In this document: positions 63,692 to 64,000 of the stretch, one piece after another | Position numbering within the stretch: position 1 is the first letter of the stretch | How the letters are laid out: each line of letters starts with the position of its first letter | Notes under the pieces: model-generated | Seen by the model: only the letters and a program-made list of their open reading frames with translations | What the model was told of the DNA's origin: nothing | Databases searched by the model: none | NCBI GenBank assembly: GCA_027621915.1 | Contig: JAQCAD010000013.1 | Location: forward strand, 4,387-68,386 | DNA from: Pseudomonadota bacterium | Lineage (GTDB): Bacteria > Pseudomonadota > Gammaproteobacteria > Steroidobacterales > Woeseiaceae | Reading direction: 5' to 3' | DNA length: 64,000 bases | Made by a program: the position numbers and the translations under genes

Positions 63692-64000
63692 ATGCTTCTG
63701 TTATGCCTTTGCACGCTTGCCGGCGCGTACTCACTGACACTGAGTCCTGACCTCTTCTCACCAATCCTGTTTTGCATGCTGCTGGTTTTTTCGTTCGTCG
63801 CCTTGTCGCGTCATATTTCCCGTCCTGCCGCCTGCTTTCTCATCGGATTTTCGGCAATGGGGTTATCCGCATTGCAACAAAAGTCCGATGAACTCGATCC
63901 TTCATTGCAGGGAGAAAACATAATCTTCACGGCCAAGGTCGAGGACTTTCCGATTGCAGACGCTGATTCGGTCCGTTTCATCGTCCACGCGCTCGATCGA
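63692..64000 (+). CDS. comEC: Probable ComEC/Rec2 DNA internalisation protein, N-terminal fragment (runs off the window)
   Basis: Open frame from ATG 63692 to the window end (103 codons; not in the ORF track because no stop is reached). Hydrophobic N-terminal TMs, then ENIIFTAKVEDFPIADADSVRFIV (resembles the N-terminal OB-like region of ComEC). Position after lolCDE-DUF2062. Confidence 0.5.
   Translation, partial: MLLLCLCTLAGAYSLTLSPDLFSPILFCMLLVFSFVALSRHISRPAACFLIGFSAMGLSALQQKSDELDPSLQGENIIFTAKVEDFPIADADSVRFIVHALDR

Overview
This 64-kb window is an almost gap-free block of core housekeeping genes from a gammaproteobacterium (GC in the mid-50s % by eye). I call about 65 CDS, mostly on the + strand, many joined by ATGA/TTGA-type overlaps. 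It strings together several classical conserved blocks. Block 1: frr-uppS-cdsA-rseP-bamA-skp-lpxD-fabZ-lpxA-lpxB-rnhB-dnaE-accA-tilS-pyrG-kdsA-eno-ftsB-truD, a 2.6-kb insert, then surE-pcm-yqaA-nlpD-rpoS. Block 2: an Mth938-like gene, an RpfE-like gene, then recJ-prfB-lysS. Block 3: ygfZ divergent from DUF1674-sdhCDAB-sdhE-ygfX. Block 4: rpoE-rseA-rseB-rseC-grx-like-lepA-lepB-DUF4845-rnc-era-recO-pdxJ-acpS. Block 5: exonuclease-rlmD-nagZ-MTA/MTI phosphorylase-GGDEF. Block 6: csiV-mfd on the minus strand, then lolC-lolE-lolD, DUF2062 and the start of comEC. I found no rRNA, tRNA, CRISPR array, IS/transposase, integrase or phage gene, and the longest non-coding stretch is under 300 bp. I do not see a convincing novel multi-gene system such as a defence island; this is an ordinary core region. 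The observations most worth a second look follow. (1) All three MEP-pathway genes that normally sit in this synteny (dxr, ispD, ispF) are cleanly absent, and a possible LGSTGS relic of dxr overlaps the cdsA 3' end. (2) A 2.6-kb non-syntenic insert between truD and surE carries an orphan Cys-containing putative secreted protein. (3) A perfect CRP-type palindrome (TGTGA-N6-TCACA) lies upstream of lolC. (4) A sigma-E/AlgU-type promoter lies upstream of rpoE. (5) The succinate dehydrogenase locus is flanked by SDHAF4-like, SdhE, YgfX and YgfZ genes. (6) A GGDEF protein has a degenerate active site. All functional calls rest on motif recognition in the supplied translations and on conserved gene order. 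No database search was possible.
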